A DNA stretch of 64,000 nucleotides, from positions 64,001 to 128,000 of the forward strand of contig OZ241857.1 in assembly GCA_965203315.1 (NCBI GenBank), read 5' to 3'. The notes beneath the pieces are model-generated. The model did no database searches. It was not told the DNA's origin and saw nothing but the letters and a program-made list of their open reading frames with translations. The stretch's first letter is position 1; each line of letters opens with the position of its first letter. This DNA comes from Nitrosopumilus sp. Lineage in GTDB: Archaea; Thermoproteota; Nitrososphaeria; Nitrososphaerales; Nitrosopumilaceae. The translations under genes were made by a program, and so were the position numbers. Positions 54,777-64,000 of the stretch are shown here, piece by piece.

Positions 54777-54920
54777 ATGTCGTCACAAATGGCGAAATGT
54801 TGCATATGTAAAATCGCTGATGGAAATCTAAAGATCAAGGAAGGCAATCCAAAATATATTGGAAGACCAATATGTAAGGAGTGTCAAGGATATCGCAAAC
54901 TCTTACAGGAGACGAAATAG
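54777..54920 (+). CDS. Small Zn-ribbon protein (47 aa, not in ORF track)
   Basis: MSSQMAKCCICK..ICKECQ. Confidence 0.7.
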   Translation: MSSQMAKCCICKIADGNLKIKEGNPKYIGRPICKECQGYRKLLQETK

Positions 54921-54922
54921 GT

Positions 54923-55162
54923 TTACTGTGATTTATGTTTAGATACCCAACTCTCGTACATCTTTATGAGATCATCGACATCACTATCGTTCTCAGAGTA
55001 TGTTATGATTACGCCAAAGACACCTTTAGTGTCATGACCTCGTGCAAAGTAACCCCAAAAATTATCTGGCAATTTTACAAAGTTATTGGCATCATGTGAC
55101 ACTCCGATCAGATTATTTCCTATAGTCTCGACTACCTTGACTGCATCTTTACTTTCGATCAT
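54923..55162 (-). CDS. Hypothetical protein
   Basis: 79-aa ORF just downstream of aspS. Confidence 0.72.
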   Translation of the reverse strand: MIESKDAVKVVETIGNNLIGVSHDANNFVKLPDNFWGYFARGHDTKGVFGVIITYSENDSDVDDLIKMYESWVSKHKSQ

Positions 55163-55196
55163 GTGGCTGATTACAAACCTGCCTAATATAGTCGAA

Positions 55197-56483
55197 TCAT
55201 GGGCGTAATCTGTCAGGATCCCTGGGATACAAAACTACCTCACGTACATTGTCTAATCCTGTCAACACCGTCATCAATCTATCTAAACCCATTCCCCAAC
55301 CTGAATGAGGTGGCATACCCCAATCAAATGCTTGTAGATGATCTTTAAACTGTGCAGGATCCAGTCCTTGTTCGATCAAACGAGACTTGATCATCTCTGG
55401 ATCGTGTAATCTTGTGCCTCCTGAGGATAGCTCTAGATATCCATACTGTAGGTCAAAAGAACGAGATAATTTTGGTTCGTCATCTTTGGCTCTGATGTAA
55501 AACGGTTTGAGTGAGATTGGCCAATCTGTCAAAAAGAAGAATCCTGGATGATTTTTCCCGATTATTCTCAAGTGTGAGTCGAGCAGATCATCTCCAAACT
55601 CTAATCTTTGACCTGCACCTAACAGCTCAGTAATGCACTGTTCATATGTAACTCGCTCAAAAGATGACTCTGGCATACTGATTACGTGTCCGATCGCATC
55701 GATGTATTGTTTACAATCTCTGTTTACATCGTATATTACACCTCGTACAAGTGACTCTAGAATGTCCATTACATCGTCATAATCCATGAAAGCGGCCTCG
55801 ATATCAACACTAGTAAATTCTGATAAATGACGGCCTGTATGTGAATTTTCAGCTCGATAAAAGCCTGATATCTCAAAGACTCGTTCTAAACCTATAGTCA
55901 TCTGTTCTTTGTACAGCTGTGGACTCTGTGCAAGATATGCTGTCTTGCCAAAATATTCTAGTGAAAATAGATTGGCGCCACCCTCACTCGCACTTCCGAT
56001 TATCTTTGGTGTAGTTATCTCTATGAATTTTTTATCGACTAGCATCCTTCGTAGTGATTGTAACATACGAGATCTCATCTTGAATATGGCTGATGTCCTT
56101 TTGTTCCGCATATCCAATGCGCGGTGGTTTAATCTGGTGTCTATATTACTCTCCACCCTGCCTATTGGGTCTACAGGTAGCGGATGAACTGCACTTGCTA
56201 AAATCTCTATATTTTTTGCTTTTATCTCAAATGCAAAGTCTCGCGCTCTCGTCTCTTGGATCGTGCCTCTAACTAAGACTATACTCTGTCTGCTCAGATC
56301 AACAAGGTTGTCATTTAACTCATCCTTTATGATTATTTGAGCAATTCCTGTTACATCTCTGAGCGTTATAAATGACATCTTGCCCATCTTTCGATAGTCT
56401 TCGATCCATCCACCAAGTGTGATCTCGGAGCCGATACTATCTGGTGTAATATCCTCGATATCACACGTCTTTACGAATTCCAT
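55197..56483 (-). CDS. aspS: Aspartate--tRNA(Asp/Asn) ligase
   Basis: LAQSPQLYK, YRAE, ELSSGG, GMPPHSGWGMGLDR. Confidence 0.97.
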   Translation of the reverse strand: MEFVKTCDIEDITPDSIGSEITLGGWIEDYRKMGKMSFITLRDVTGIAQIIIKDELNDNLVDLSRQSIVLVRGTIQETRARDFAFEIKAKNIEILASAVHPLPVDPIGRVESNIDTRLNHRALDMRNKRTSAIFKMRSRMLQSLRRMLVDKKFIEITTPKIIGSASEGGANLFSLEYFGKTAYLAQSPQLYKEQMTIGLERVFEISGFYRAENSHTGRHLSEFTSVDIEAAFMDYDDVMDILESLVRGVIYDVNRDCKQYIDAIGHVISMPESSFERVTYEQCITELLGAGQRLEFGDDLLDSHLRIIGKNHPGFFFLTDWPISLKPFYIRAKDDEPKLSRSFDLQYGYLELSSGGTRLHDPEMIKSRLIEQGLDPAQFKDHLQAFDWGMPPHSGWGMGLDRLMTVLTGLDNVREVVLYPRDPDRLRP

Positions 56484-56557
56484 ATTAATTACTCCTGTTT
56501 ATCCTCTGCACTTTGATTGTCTTGAGAATATCTAATAATTATGTGTAATCATGGTAG

Positions 56558-56715
56558 AGTTCTGTCAAGGCTGGCAGTTTTGTACAAAAATTCTCGGAAT
56601 CTTACAAAACATGAAATCTAGGTATCGTATATTGAAAGTTTTACCGAATCGCATAGTATGTGTTTCCTGAACTAACGTCACCTAGATCTCAACTCTTGCT
56701 CAATTAACCAAAGTC
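56558..56715. repeat. Degenerate copy of MITE family C, reverse orientation
   Basis: Aligns by eye to the reverse complement of 51075-51250 (tatcgta.attg, taacgtca...gatctca, tcaatt.a.c). Confidence 0.6.
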
Positions 56716-57086
56716 GTTCAAAGCAAATTCGAATGAAAAGAATACAATTTGACACAAGCAACATTTACAAATAGATCTAAACAGGAAATACAAACACAAG
56801 TTGTGGTTGCATGCCAAAATAGTATCATATTCGCAACTAGGCAAGATGAATTACAAATGCATAACTAAAGAAGATAGATTAATGAGATGAGAATTCATCA
56901 AAGTGGCTTAAACACAAAGTGTACATTCAACGGTCGTATTACAAAATTTCATAATGGACTTAGAAAGGCAGAACAAACAAGGTATCTGTTGCAACTGTTT
57001 CTGATTGTTATCACATGTTTACGCATGGATAACAGAGTCTAGAACCTGTCAAATAGATAAAATATTACTAATTCTTACATGTTGAT

Positions 57087-58358
57087 ATGGTTAATCGAAT
57101 GGGATTTACATCTGCTAGATTTACGCATGTCTGCAAGATACATGTATTCATAGTTATGACTATTGTCCTAGTTGCGTTGTGTCCACCTCTTGTGTATGGG
57201 CAGATTGAGCGTCCTGCATTCCAAGAGACTGCCCAGATCATTGTAGATGGCATCCAAACTAGTACAATAACTGCTTCAATTGTAATGCAGAGTACTGACA
57301 CAGATGAGATCAGAGTGCCTCCAGATCTAGAGCAACGAATTCGTGAGGAGTCGATAACTTCAATTGTTGTTACAAACCATGATAATTGTATACTGGGCGT
57401 TGTAGATAAATTGTGCATACTTGTAAATATACATGAACTACCTAACTCTGATGACATACAAGACGTTTCAACTGATATAGGATCCAGATTTATCGATGAC
57501 ATCAACGATATGTTTCAAACAGACGCAAAATTCCACTCTGTCTTTATTCATTCAGACGATCAACATAACCAAGCACTAAACACAACTGGTGTGGTATCTG
57601 GTAGAGGCACAATCTCTGTAGTTTATACAATGCCTAGAGAGGATACCTCTACATTATATCAAAAGATGACAGATATGTTACTATCTGATGCAATACGTGG
57701 CAAAGGAGGACTGTACGATGTGACAAATATCATGTCCAACAATCCTGACGCGATTGCAACATTCTCTCTAATTCCACTAGAGGCGAACTCACTGATGCAA
57801 TTAAAGTTATCTGTGATATCTCCAATTAATATATCTGAGACAACTAGGATCGATCCACTTACTCTATTTGGAGTCGATGAGATGAGCCGAACCAGATATC
57901 TAGATACGGGGTTTTATCAACTTAATTCACTAGTTCATCTAGTTGTACTATCCCCTACAAACATCTCTGTCACCGATATACAAGGGTACGAGATTCCTAC
58001 ACGATTAGTTGACGGTCAAGAGATTCCAACTAGTATCACAAAGCCCGGTTGGGTATTTGATTCCAGATCTGGTTCCAAAATTGAGGCCAAGTATCTGTTC
58101 GGAGATGAGGGCATAATCAAAAAGGATGATCTGGTGTTTTCCATATATGATCCAAATAACATATCTGATGATTTATCCGACGACACATCTAACAATATAC
58201 CCAACAATATGACCAATAATGAACTTGTCGAGTCTCTTGAACCGTCCGAGCTGGTAGACTCCTCTACTTTCTCAGAACAGTATGTGGTGGTGATTGTGAT
58301 TGTGTTGGTTGGGGTAGCAGCTATGCTGTTTTATCTCAAAGGATATCGTAGATCATAA
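57087..58358 (+). CDS. Secreted, C-terminally membrane-anchored hypothetical protein
   Basis: N-terminal hydrophobic segment and C-terminal TM followed by YLKGYRRS; true start probably further downstream. Confidence 0.8.
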   Translation: MVNRMGFTSARFTHVCKIHVFIVMTIVLVALCPPLVYGQIERPAFQETAQIIVDGIQTSTITASIVMQSTDTDEIRVPPDLEQRIREESITSIVVTNHDNCILGVVDKLCILVNIHELPNSDDIQDVSTDIGSRFIDDINDMFQTDAKFHSVFIHSDDQHNQALNTTGVVSGRGTISVVYTMPREDTSTLYQKMTDMLLSDAIRGKGGLYDVTNIMSNNPDAIATFSLIPLEANSLMQLKLSVISPINISETTRIDPLTLFGVDEMSRTRYLDTGFYQLNSLVHLVVLSPTNISVTDIQGYEIPTRLVDGQEIPTSITKPGWVFDSRSGSKIEAKYLFGDEGIIKKDDLVFSIYDPNNISDDLSDDTSNNIPNNMTNNELVESLEPSELVDSSTFSEQYVVVIVIVLVGVAAMLFYLKGYRRS

Positions 58359-58904
58359 TAATAGTACAGCTGCTGCAAATACTGTCGTCCATTTGCCGTC
58401 CTTGTCGCCGCGAGCAGATTGAGTGATGTTTCTTGTCTTGTATATCTCTCCTGATATCTGCCACTGTTGTCGTTTCTCGTCCCAGTTCTTGTCTACGTCA
58501 AACGGAATTCCTAGCGATGATGCAAGCATTTGGGCCGCAATATCTTCAGCATAGTCTCCCGCTTGAGTCTCATTTTGACCAAATGATTCGTACTCTGAGA
58601 GATAACCATATCTGTTCGTATCTTTGGGCTGAGCTATTCCGACAGAAGCAGCACAAAGTCTATGCGGTTCCTGAGTCTGATTCTTGGAATATATGGTAAA
58701 GAGTATCTGACCCGGTTGAATCTGTTTCAGTCCCTCACATCGAGAGACGAGTCTAGCATTTGGTGGAAAAATGCTGGATATCAAGACCAGATTCGTTCCG
58801 GCAATCCCCGCATCTCGTAATGCATACTCGAAACTAGTGAGCTTGTCTTCATGGACGCCTTTGCCCTTTGTGAGAAATAGTTTCTTAGCAACGAGATCAA
58901 GCAT
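58353..58904 (-). CDS. pdaD: Pyruvoyl-dependent arginine decarboxylase
   Basis: SFEYALRDAGI..NLVLISSIFPP, YGYLSE. Confidence 0.93.
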   Translation of the reverse strand: MLDLVAKKLFLTKGKGVHEDKLTSFEYALRDAGIAGTNLVLISSIFPPNARLVSRCEGLKQIQPGQILFTIYSKNQTQEPHRLCAASVGIAQPKDTNRYGYLSEYESFGQNETQAGDYAEDIAAQMLASSLGIPFDVDKNWDEKRQQWQISGEIYKTRNITQSARGDKDGKWTTVFAAAVLLL

Positions 58905-58994
58905 TTCTAAATTCACCCTATAGATTTATTATTTATACTCTAAGTTTGGGCGATTACATAATTCTCGCCGCAATATTATGTGTGAGTGCTGATC

Positions 58995-59156
58995 GCTTTT
59001 GTCGGTAGCGATTGACGGTTTTAGATAAAATTCTCTAAACTCACAAAATATTGAGATGATTGTTCACAGTCTGCCAAATTCATATTGTCGAGTTAAACAA
59101 CATGTGTCTCTTGAGATAGCCTTGGATCCATACCAATCCTCAAGTTAACGAAAGGA
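58995..59156. repeat. Probable degenerate copy of MITE family C
   Basis: gtgtctcttgagatagcc and aagttaacgaaag resemble the reverse complement of 60200-60376; ends approximate. Confidence 0.4.
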
Positions 59157-59173
59157 TTTGATCGTTATCTGAT

Positions 59174-59392
59174 CTATCGCCTCTTCTTTTTTCGTTTGTC
59201 GGGCTCTCTATCTCGTTGTGTTAAGAAGATAAATGTAAAGAATGCTCCTAATCCTATATTGATTACACCTAAGAATGTAATAAAGACTGTTACCGTTGGA
59301 GATGATTGTAGTCCTATCATGATTCCCAACGAACCAGTTACGAAGAACATTCCCATGAGTATCTTCAAACGAATTGGCTGAACATATCTCAT
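59174..59392 (-). CDS. Small two-helix membrane protein
   Basis: MRYVQPIRLKILMGMFF..DKRKKKRR. Confidence 0.75.
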   Translation of the reverse strand: MRYVQPIRLKILMGMFFVTGSLGIMIGLQSSPTVTVFITFLGVINIGLGAFFTFIFLTQRDREPDKRKKKRR

Positions 59393-59492
59393 GCTTTGGA
59401 CACTTTGTAGATTATTATAAATCATCTAAATCACTGGTCTTTACAAATGTGCTCGTAAACTATCCTCGCGGTACAGTTGGTCGTTATGAAAA

Positions 59493-59611
59493 GAATCTCT
59501 TCGGTTTACATGGGATAAAATTTTTACAGAAAAAGTACCATGTAGTTCTATGGGGAAAATTTAATGCGAAGCGTCTTGTAAAACACCATCTCACGTAAAC
59601 CAAAGAGATCT
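59493..59611. mobile_element. MITE family B, about 119 bp
   Basis: atctcttcggtttacatgggat / atctcacgtaaaccaaagagat. Confidence 0.78.
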
Positions 59612-59675
59612 CTAAAATCTTTATGGATAGTAGAACCAAATATTATGTTGAAACAATACGTAAACCGAACACACA

Positions 59676-59816
59676 AGACTGTATGCGCATTATTAAGAGT
59701 GCTCATGTCTCGTCATCAAACATGATAACAATGAATCGGTTTGCCTCTGGAAATTACACCTGTGTTTTATTGTACCTTAAAATATGCGTATGACGTAAGA
59801 AATACGCATACAGTCT
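59676..59816 (+). mobile_element. MITE family A, 141 bp
   Basis: AGACTGTATGCG / CGCATACAGTCT; ACA on both flanks. Confidence 0.88.
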
Positions 59817-60074
59817 ACAATCAAAAGATTACACACAATCTTATTCGTACCGTGTCTTTAGACGTTTTCTCTCTTACAATGAACTAGCATCAAAAAAGAA
59901 TGAAATCAATCGGTCTGGTGTAGGATAAACAACTTTTCGGTGTAGCGATAAGAACAAGATGTATCTCTCCATGATATTTCTATACCTGCATCGAACTATT
60001 GATTTATCAAAATATATTGGACATGGTCATTATTTGTAAAACTTTAAACCCCTATGTATAGTTGTTATTTTTGT

Positions 60075-60148
60075 GCCAATGTAGCTCAGCCTGGTAGAGC
60101 ATTCGCTTTGTAAGCGAAAGGTCGTGGGTTCAGATCCCATCATTGGCT
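60075..60148 (+). tRNA. tRNA-Thr(TGT)
   Basis: GCCAATG/CATTGGC acceptor stem, TTCGC-TTTGTAA-GCGAA anticodon arm, GGTTCAGATCC. Confidence 0.95.
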
Positions 60149-60195
60149 CATTCTTGCTGTCTGAACTATTGTGATAGTGTTGTGTATTGTTGATA

Positions 60196-60380
60196 CGTAG
60201 GTTCTTTTAACTTAACGGGGGGTTAAGATTAAGTTGTAGGTATTTCAAGAAACGCACGGTATGCAACTTAAAACAGCAATAATCTACAATGGGTGATCTA
60301 ACCATTTTTCATGACTTGTAAAATTTTGAGAGAATGTTGCGTGAAAACTATCGACCCCCGTTAAGTTAAAAGAACCTACG
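60196..60380. mobile_element. MITE family C variant (core 60200-60376)
   Basis: Perfect 26-bp inverted repeat CGTAGGTTCTTTTAACTTAACGGGGG. Confidence 0.85.
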
Positions 60381-60550
60381 CCAGACTTGGAAAAACTGAA
60401 ATTATATTCAAAAGATTTGACTTGCCTCAAGATGTTTGATATGTTGTAGGCCATGATATTCTGTCCGACACATACTCGATCACGTGAGTATTTAACATGA
60501 CTGCGAGTCGATACGAATAAGTATATGTCCTACTAATCAAAGACAGCAAA

Positions 60551-61648
60551 ATGAGCTCTAATTCACCCAACGATTCCGCATCATCTTCTGAAAGTGATTC
60601 ACAATCTACTGAGCAGAATATACCCAACGATTCCGCATCATCTTCTGAAAGTGATTCACAATCTACTGAGCAGAATATACCCAACGATTCCGCATCATCT
60701 TCTGAAAGTGATTCACAATCTACTGAGCAGAATATACCCAACGATTCCGCATCATCTTCTGAAAGTGATTCACAATCTACTGAGCAGAATATACCCAACG
60801 ATTCCAACGATTACACGTCGCCCTCAGATCATGATCCTTCTGATGCCTCGTCTAACTCTCAATCATTCTCTGACAGTAGGAAAGACTCACAACCTCTAGG
60901 ACTCTGGATAGGGCTTATAGTTGCAGTAGGTGTAGCTGCCTTTTTTGCAGGCGCATACATGATAAACTCAACCTCTGATATAGTATCTAACCAAGATCTA
61001 GCTGACGCTCTAGCATCATTAGAGGCTAGAGTGATAGATATCCAATCTCAACAACCTACACAAGATGGAAACACCCCATCACAACCTATAGTTATCTCTA
61101 TTGATGATGATCCAATAATCGGTGATCCTGACGCGCCTATCAATATTATCGAGTTCTCTGATTTTCAATGTCCATTTTGCGCTAGATTCAATGCCGAGAC
61201 ACTACCACTTTTAATTGAAGAGTATATCGACAGCGGTAAAGTCAAACTAGTCTATAGAGACTTTCCGTTGCACAATATTCATCCCAACGCTGTCCCAGCT
61301 GCCGTTGCTGCAGAATGTGCTGATGAACAAGACGGCTTCAAGATGATGCATGATCTAATATTTGATAGACAGTCTGAATGGAGTGGTGTTTCAGTAGATG
61401 AGGCTGTAGTTCTATTTAGCACGTATGCCACTACCATCAATCTTGATCAAGAAGAATTTGATTCATGTTTGTTTAGTGGCAGATATGTTGAAGAGATTGG
61501 AAACGATCTGAATGATGGTCGTAGTTATGGAATTGATGGAACACCAGGATTTTTGATTGGAAACGATGATCTAGGATATGTCACACTATCTGGAGCTCAA
61601 CCATTTGAAGTCTTTCAACAGATCATAGATGCTCAACTAGGTACCTAA
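60551..61648 (+). CDS. Membrane-anchored DsbA-family oxidoreductase with acidic N-terminal repeats
   Basis: EFSDFQCPFC, YRDFPL, GTPGF; one TM helix after the repeats. Confidence 0.93.
   Translation: MSSNSPNDSASSSESDSQSTEQNIPNDSASSSESDSQSTEQNIPNDSASSSESDSQSTEQNIPNDSASSSESDSQSTEQNIPNDSNDYTSPSDHDPSDASSNSQSFSDSRKDSQPLGLWIGLIVAVGVAAFFAGAYMINSTSDIVSNQDLADALASLEARVIDIQSQQPTQDGNTPSQPIVISIDDDPIIGDPDAPINIIEFSDFQCPFCARFNAETLPLLIEEYIDSGKVKLVYRDFPLHNIHPNAVPAAVAAECADEQDGFKMMHDLIFDRQSEWSGVSVDEAVVLFSTYATTINLDQEEFDSCLFSGRYVEEIGNDLNDGRSYGIDGTPGFLIGNDDLGYVTLSGAQPFEVFQQIIDAQLGT
60565..60805. repeat. Perfect 57-bp tandem repeat, about 4.2 copies
   Basis: Encodes four copies of PNDSASSSESDSQSTEQNI. Confidence 0.97.
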
Positions 61649-61780
61649 CACTGCATATCACATATTCGATGTTAATGGATATCCATGTCCAACTACAAAT
61701 TATTTGAAAGTTTTATGCATAGTGTCTAGCATATAGACAACTTGAAAAGCTTTTAATCTCAACTACCAGTCTTGTTCATT

Positions 61781-63049
61781 ATGAATATCGTTGAGAAGAT
61801 TCTAGCTCGAGCAGCAAACAAGGACTCTGTTGCTCCTGACGATGTAGTATTCGCGAACGTTGACAAGGTGATGGTTCATGATGTGTCTGGACCAGGCGTA
61901 CTAAAGGTATTCGAACGACTACGCAAAGAAGGCATAGCAGTCGATAAGATATGGGATCCATCAAAGGTTTGGGTAGCAGAAGATCACTTTGTTCCTTCAG
62001 CCGAAAAGATATCGGCGCAAAATATCATAAATCTATCAAACTTTACTCGTGACTATGGAATCAAAAAGCACTTCAAGTATGGGATGGGACAGTACGGAAT
62101 ATGTCATACATTATCACATGAAGAGGCGATGGTTCTCCCAGGTGACGTATATGTTGGAGGTGACTCACACACAAACACAACAGGAGCACTTGGCGCGTTT
62201 GCGTGTGGATTGGGTCATACAGATATTGCGTACGTCATGTTGCATGGCAAGATCTGGTTCAAAGTTCCAGAGACACTCTACTTTAAGATAAACGGCAGAT
62301 TGCCAGATCATGTGATGGCCAAAGATCTCATATTGACAATAATAGGCGACATTGGTACAGATGGAGCAACATACAAGACCATGCAGTTTGGTGGCTCTGG
62401 AGTCGAAGAGATGTCAGTACAAAGTAGGCTAACTCTATGTAATATGACTACAGAGGCAGGAGCAAAGAGCGGTATAGTGGAACCGGATCAAAAGGTAGTC
62501 AAATATCTAGAGTCTCGTGGTGCTACAGATATACGGTTGGTACGTGGAGACGACAACGCCGAGTACGCTCAGACATTCGAGTATGAGGGATCTGAGATCG
62601 AACCAGTGGTGGCAAAACCATTCTCTCCTGAGAATACCAGTACTGTTCGCGATGTACAATCCATCGAACTAGACAAGTCCTATATCGGTTCATGCACGGG
62701 AGCAAAATATGAGGATCTCGAAGCTGCTGCACGTATACTCAAAGGCAGACAAGTAAAGATACGCACAGAGGTACTACCAGCATCCATCTCGATATATCGA
62801 CGTGCAATGGAGAATGGACTAGTCAAGATCTTTTTAGATGCAGGAGTCATGGTGGGACCTCCTACTTGTGGTGCATGTTGTGGAGCTCATATGGGAGTAC
62901 TAGCCAAGGACGAGATATGCATAAGCACGACAAACCGTAACTTTCCAGGAAGAATGGGTCATGTCGAGTCTAAGACATATCTCTCATCGCCACTAGTTGC
63001 TGCAGCATCTGCTGTAACTGGCAAGATTACTGACCCGAGGGATATATGA
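61781..63049 (+). CDS. 3-isopropylmalate dehydratase / homoaconitase large subunit (archaeal type)
   Basis: GDSHT, IGSCT, CGACCG, STTNRNF.GRMG. Confidence 0.93.
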   Translation: MNIVEKILARAANKDSVAPDDVVFANVDKVMVHDVSGPGVLKVFERLRKEGIAVDKIWDPSKVWVAEDHFVPSAEKISAQNIINLSNFTRDYGIKKHFKYGMGQYGICHTLSHEEAMVLPGDVYVGGDSHTNTTGALGAFACGLGHTDIAYVMLHGKIWFKVPETLYFKINGRLPDHVMAKDLILTIIGDIGTDGATYKTMQFGGSGVEEMSVQSRLTLCNMTTEAGAKSGIVEPDQKVVKYLESRGATDIRLVRGDDNAEYAQTFEYEGSEIEPVVAKPFSPENTSTVRDVQSIELDKSYIGSCTGAKYEDLEAAARILKGRQVKIRTEVLPASISIYRRAMENGLVKIFLDAGVMVGPPTCGACCGAHMGVLAKDEICISTTNRNFPGRMGHVESKTYLSSPLVAAASAVTGKITDPRDI

Positions 63050-63531
63050 TGCAAGGAACTGTAATACGATACGCTCAAGATAACGTTGACACTGATGTGA
63101 TAATTCCTGGTCAGTACCTCAAGATTCATGACTATGACGAACTAGCAACACATGCGATGGAGGGACTAGATCCAGACTTTGCTACTAAATCTGCGACCTT
63201 TATTCTATCTGGTCGAAACTTTGGTTGTGGCTCTTCACGAGAACATGCTCCTATAGCTCTGTCACATTCTGGAATAAAGGCAGTACTTGCATTGTCATTT
63301 GCCCGCATATTTTACCGCAACTCTGTTGACGGTGCATTCTTGCTACCTGTAGAGATCGACGAAGAGACATATGGTAGCATCGACGACGGCGACGAGATTG
63401 CACTAGATATCGATACTGGTACAATAACAAACAAGACCAAAAACCAGACATACAAGATCAAGCCGTTTGCTGACATAGTCGCAAAGATAATCGCAGCTGG
63501 TGGTCTCTTCAAGTATACGCCTGATGAGTAG
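63046..63531 (+). CDS. 3-isopropylmalate dehydratase / homoaconitase small subunit
   Basis: [28 protein letters not shown]. Confidence 0.94.
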   Translation: MMQGTVIRYAQDNVDTDVIIPGQYLKIHDYDELATHAMEGLDPDFATKSATFILSGRNFGCGSSREHAPIALSHSGIKAVLALSFARIFYRNSVDGAFLLPVEIDEETYGSIDDGDEIALDIDTGTITNKTKNQTYKIKPFADIVAKIIAAGGLFKYTPDE

Positions 63532-63533
63532 AT

Positions 63534-64000
63534 ATGAGTAAAACTCTCTTTGAAAAGATCTGGGATACACATACAGTGATCTCAGGTAATGACGGTCCAT
63601 CACTATTATACATTGATCGTCATCTCGTACATGAAGTTACATCTCCTCAAGCATTTGAGGGACTGCGTCTGAATAACCGAAGAGTACGTCGACCCGACCT
63701 TACAATCGCAACCGTTGATCATAATGTACCCACAAGTAATCGCTCTCTGCCTATGGCTGATCAAGTATCTGCTACGCAGATTCAAACTCTGGAGAAGAAC
63801 TGTCAAGACTTTGGGATACATTTGTTTGGAATGGATAGTCCAAATCAGGGAATAGTCCATGTTATAGGACCACAACTAGGAATAACACTGCCTGGCTCTA
63901 CAATAGTCTGTGGTGATAGCCACACCTCGACTCATGGTGCATTTGCCGCATTGGCGTTTGGTATAGGTACAAGTGACGTAGAGCATGTCTTGGCGTCTCA
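63534..64000 (+). CDS. leuC: 3-isopropylmalate dehydratase large subunit (3' end outside window)
   Basis: [40 protein letters not shown]; missing from the ORF track because the stop is outside the window. Confidence 0.95.
   Translation, partial: MSKTLFEKIWDTHTVISGNDGPSLLYIDRHLVHEVTSPQAFEGLRLNNRRVRRPDLTIATVDHNVPTSNRSLPMADQVSATQIQTLEKNCQDFGIHLFGMDSPNQGIVHVIGPQLGITLPGSTIVCGDSHTSTHGAFAALAFGIGTSDVEHVLAS

Noticed and set aside
60075-60380. Integrated element at tRNA-Thr
   Set aside because: No integrase and no duplicated tRNA 3' end were seen; only a MITE follows.
60565-60805. Possible CRISPR array
   Set aside because: Head-to-tail coding repeat without spacers; no cas genes in the window.
61781-64000. 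Two adjacent leuC-like genes as a novelty
   Set aside because: Two distinct aconitase-family paralogs are expected for leucine and lysine/isoleucine pathways in archaea.

Overview
Archaeal chromosome segment whose gene content and tRNA intron point to Nitrosopumilaceae (Thaumarchaeota); wide intergenic gaps and many mobile elements suggest a host-associated lineage (inference). The backbone is housekeeping: HMG-CoA synthase, tetrapyrrole genes in three blocks, SUF Fe-S cluster genes, pgk, lysS, elp3, aspS, pdaD, leuC/D paralogs, tRNA-Leu(CAA) with an intron and tRNA-Thr(TGT). Accessory content: (1) a sixA-ppx-tandem thymidylate-kinase-like pair-CHAD cluster with a convergent Lys-rich gene and no ppk in the window, a candidate non-canonical polyphosphate system; (2) three apparently intact IS elements (IS630, ISH3-like, IS66), each with readable terminal repeats and target duplication, and each splitting a gene that rejoins in frame (TOPRIM partner of an ABC-type ATPase, a PIN toxin, an 883-aa secreted protein); (3) a G15 tract in front of that secreted protein; (4) at least three families of small non-autonomous inverted-repeat elements; (5) two perfect 57-bp coding tandem repeats; (6) several small Zn-binding or membrane ORFs missed by the ORF track; (7) strong CTAG enrichment in the backbone. 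All calls come from reading the sequence; no database searches were run.
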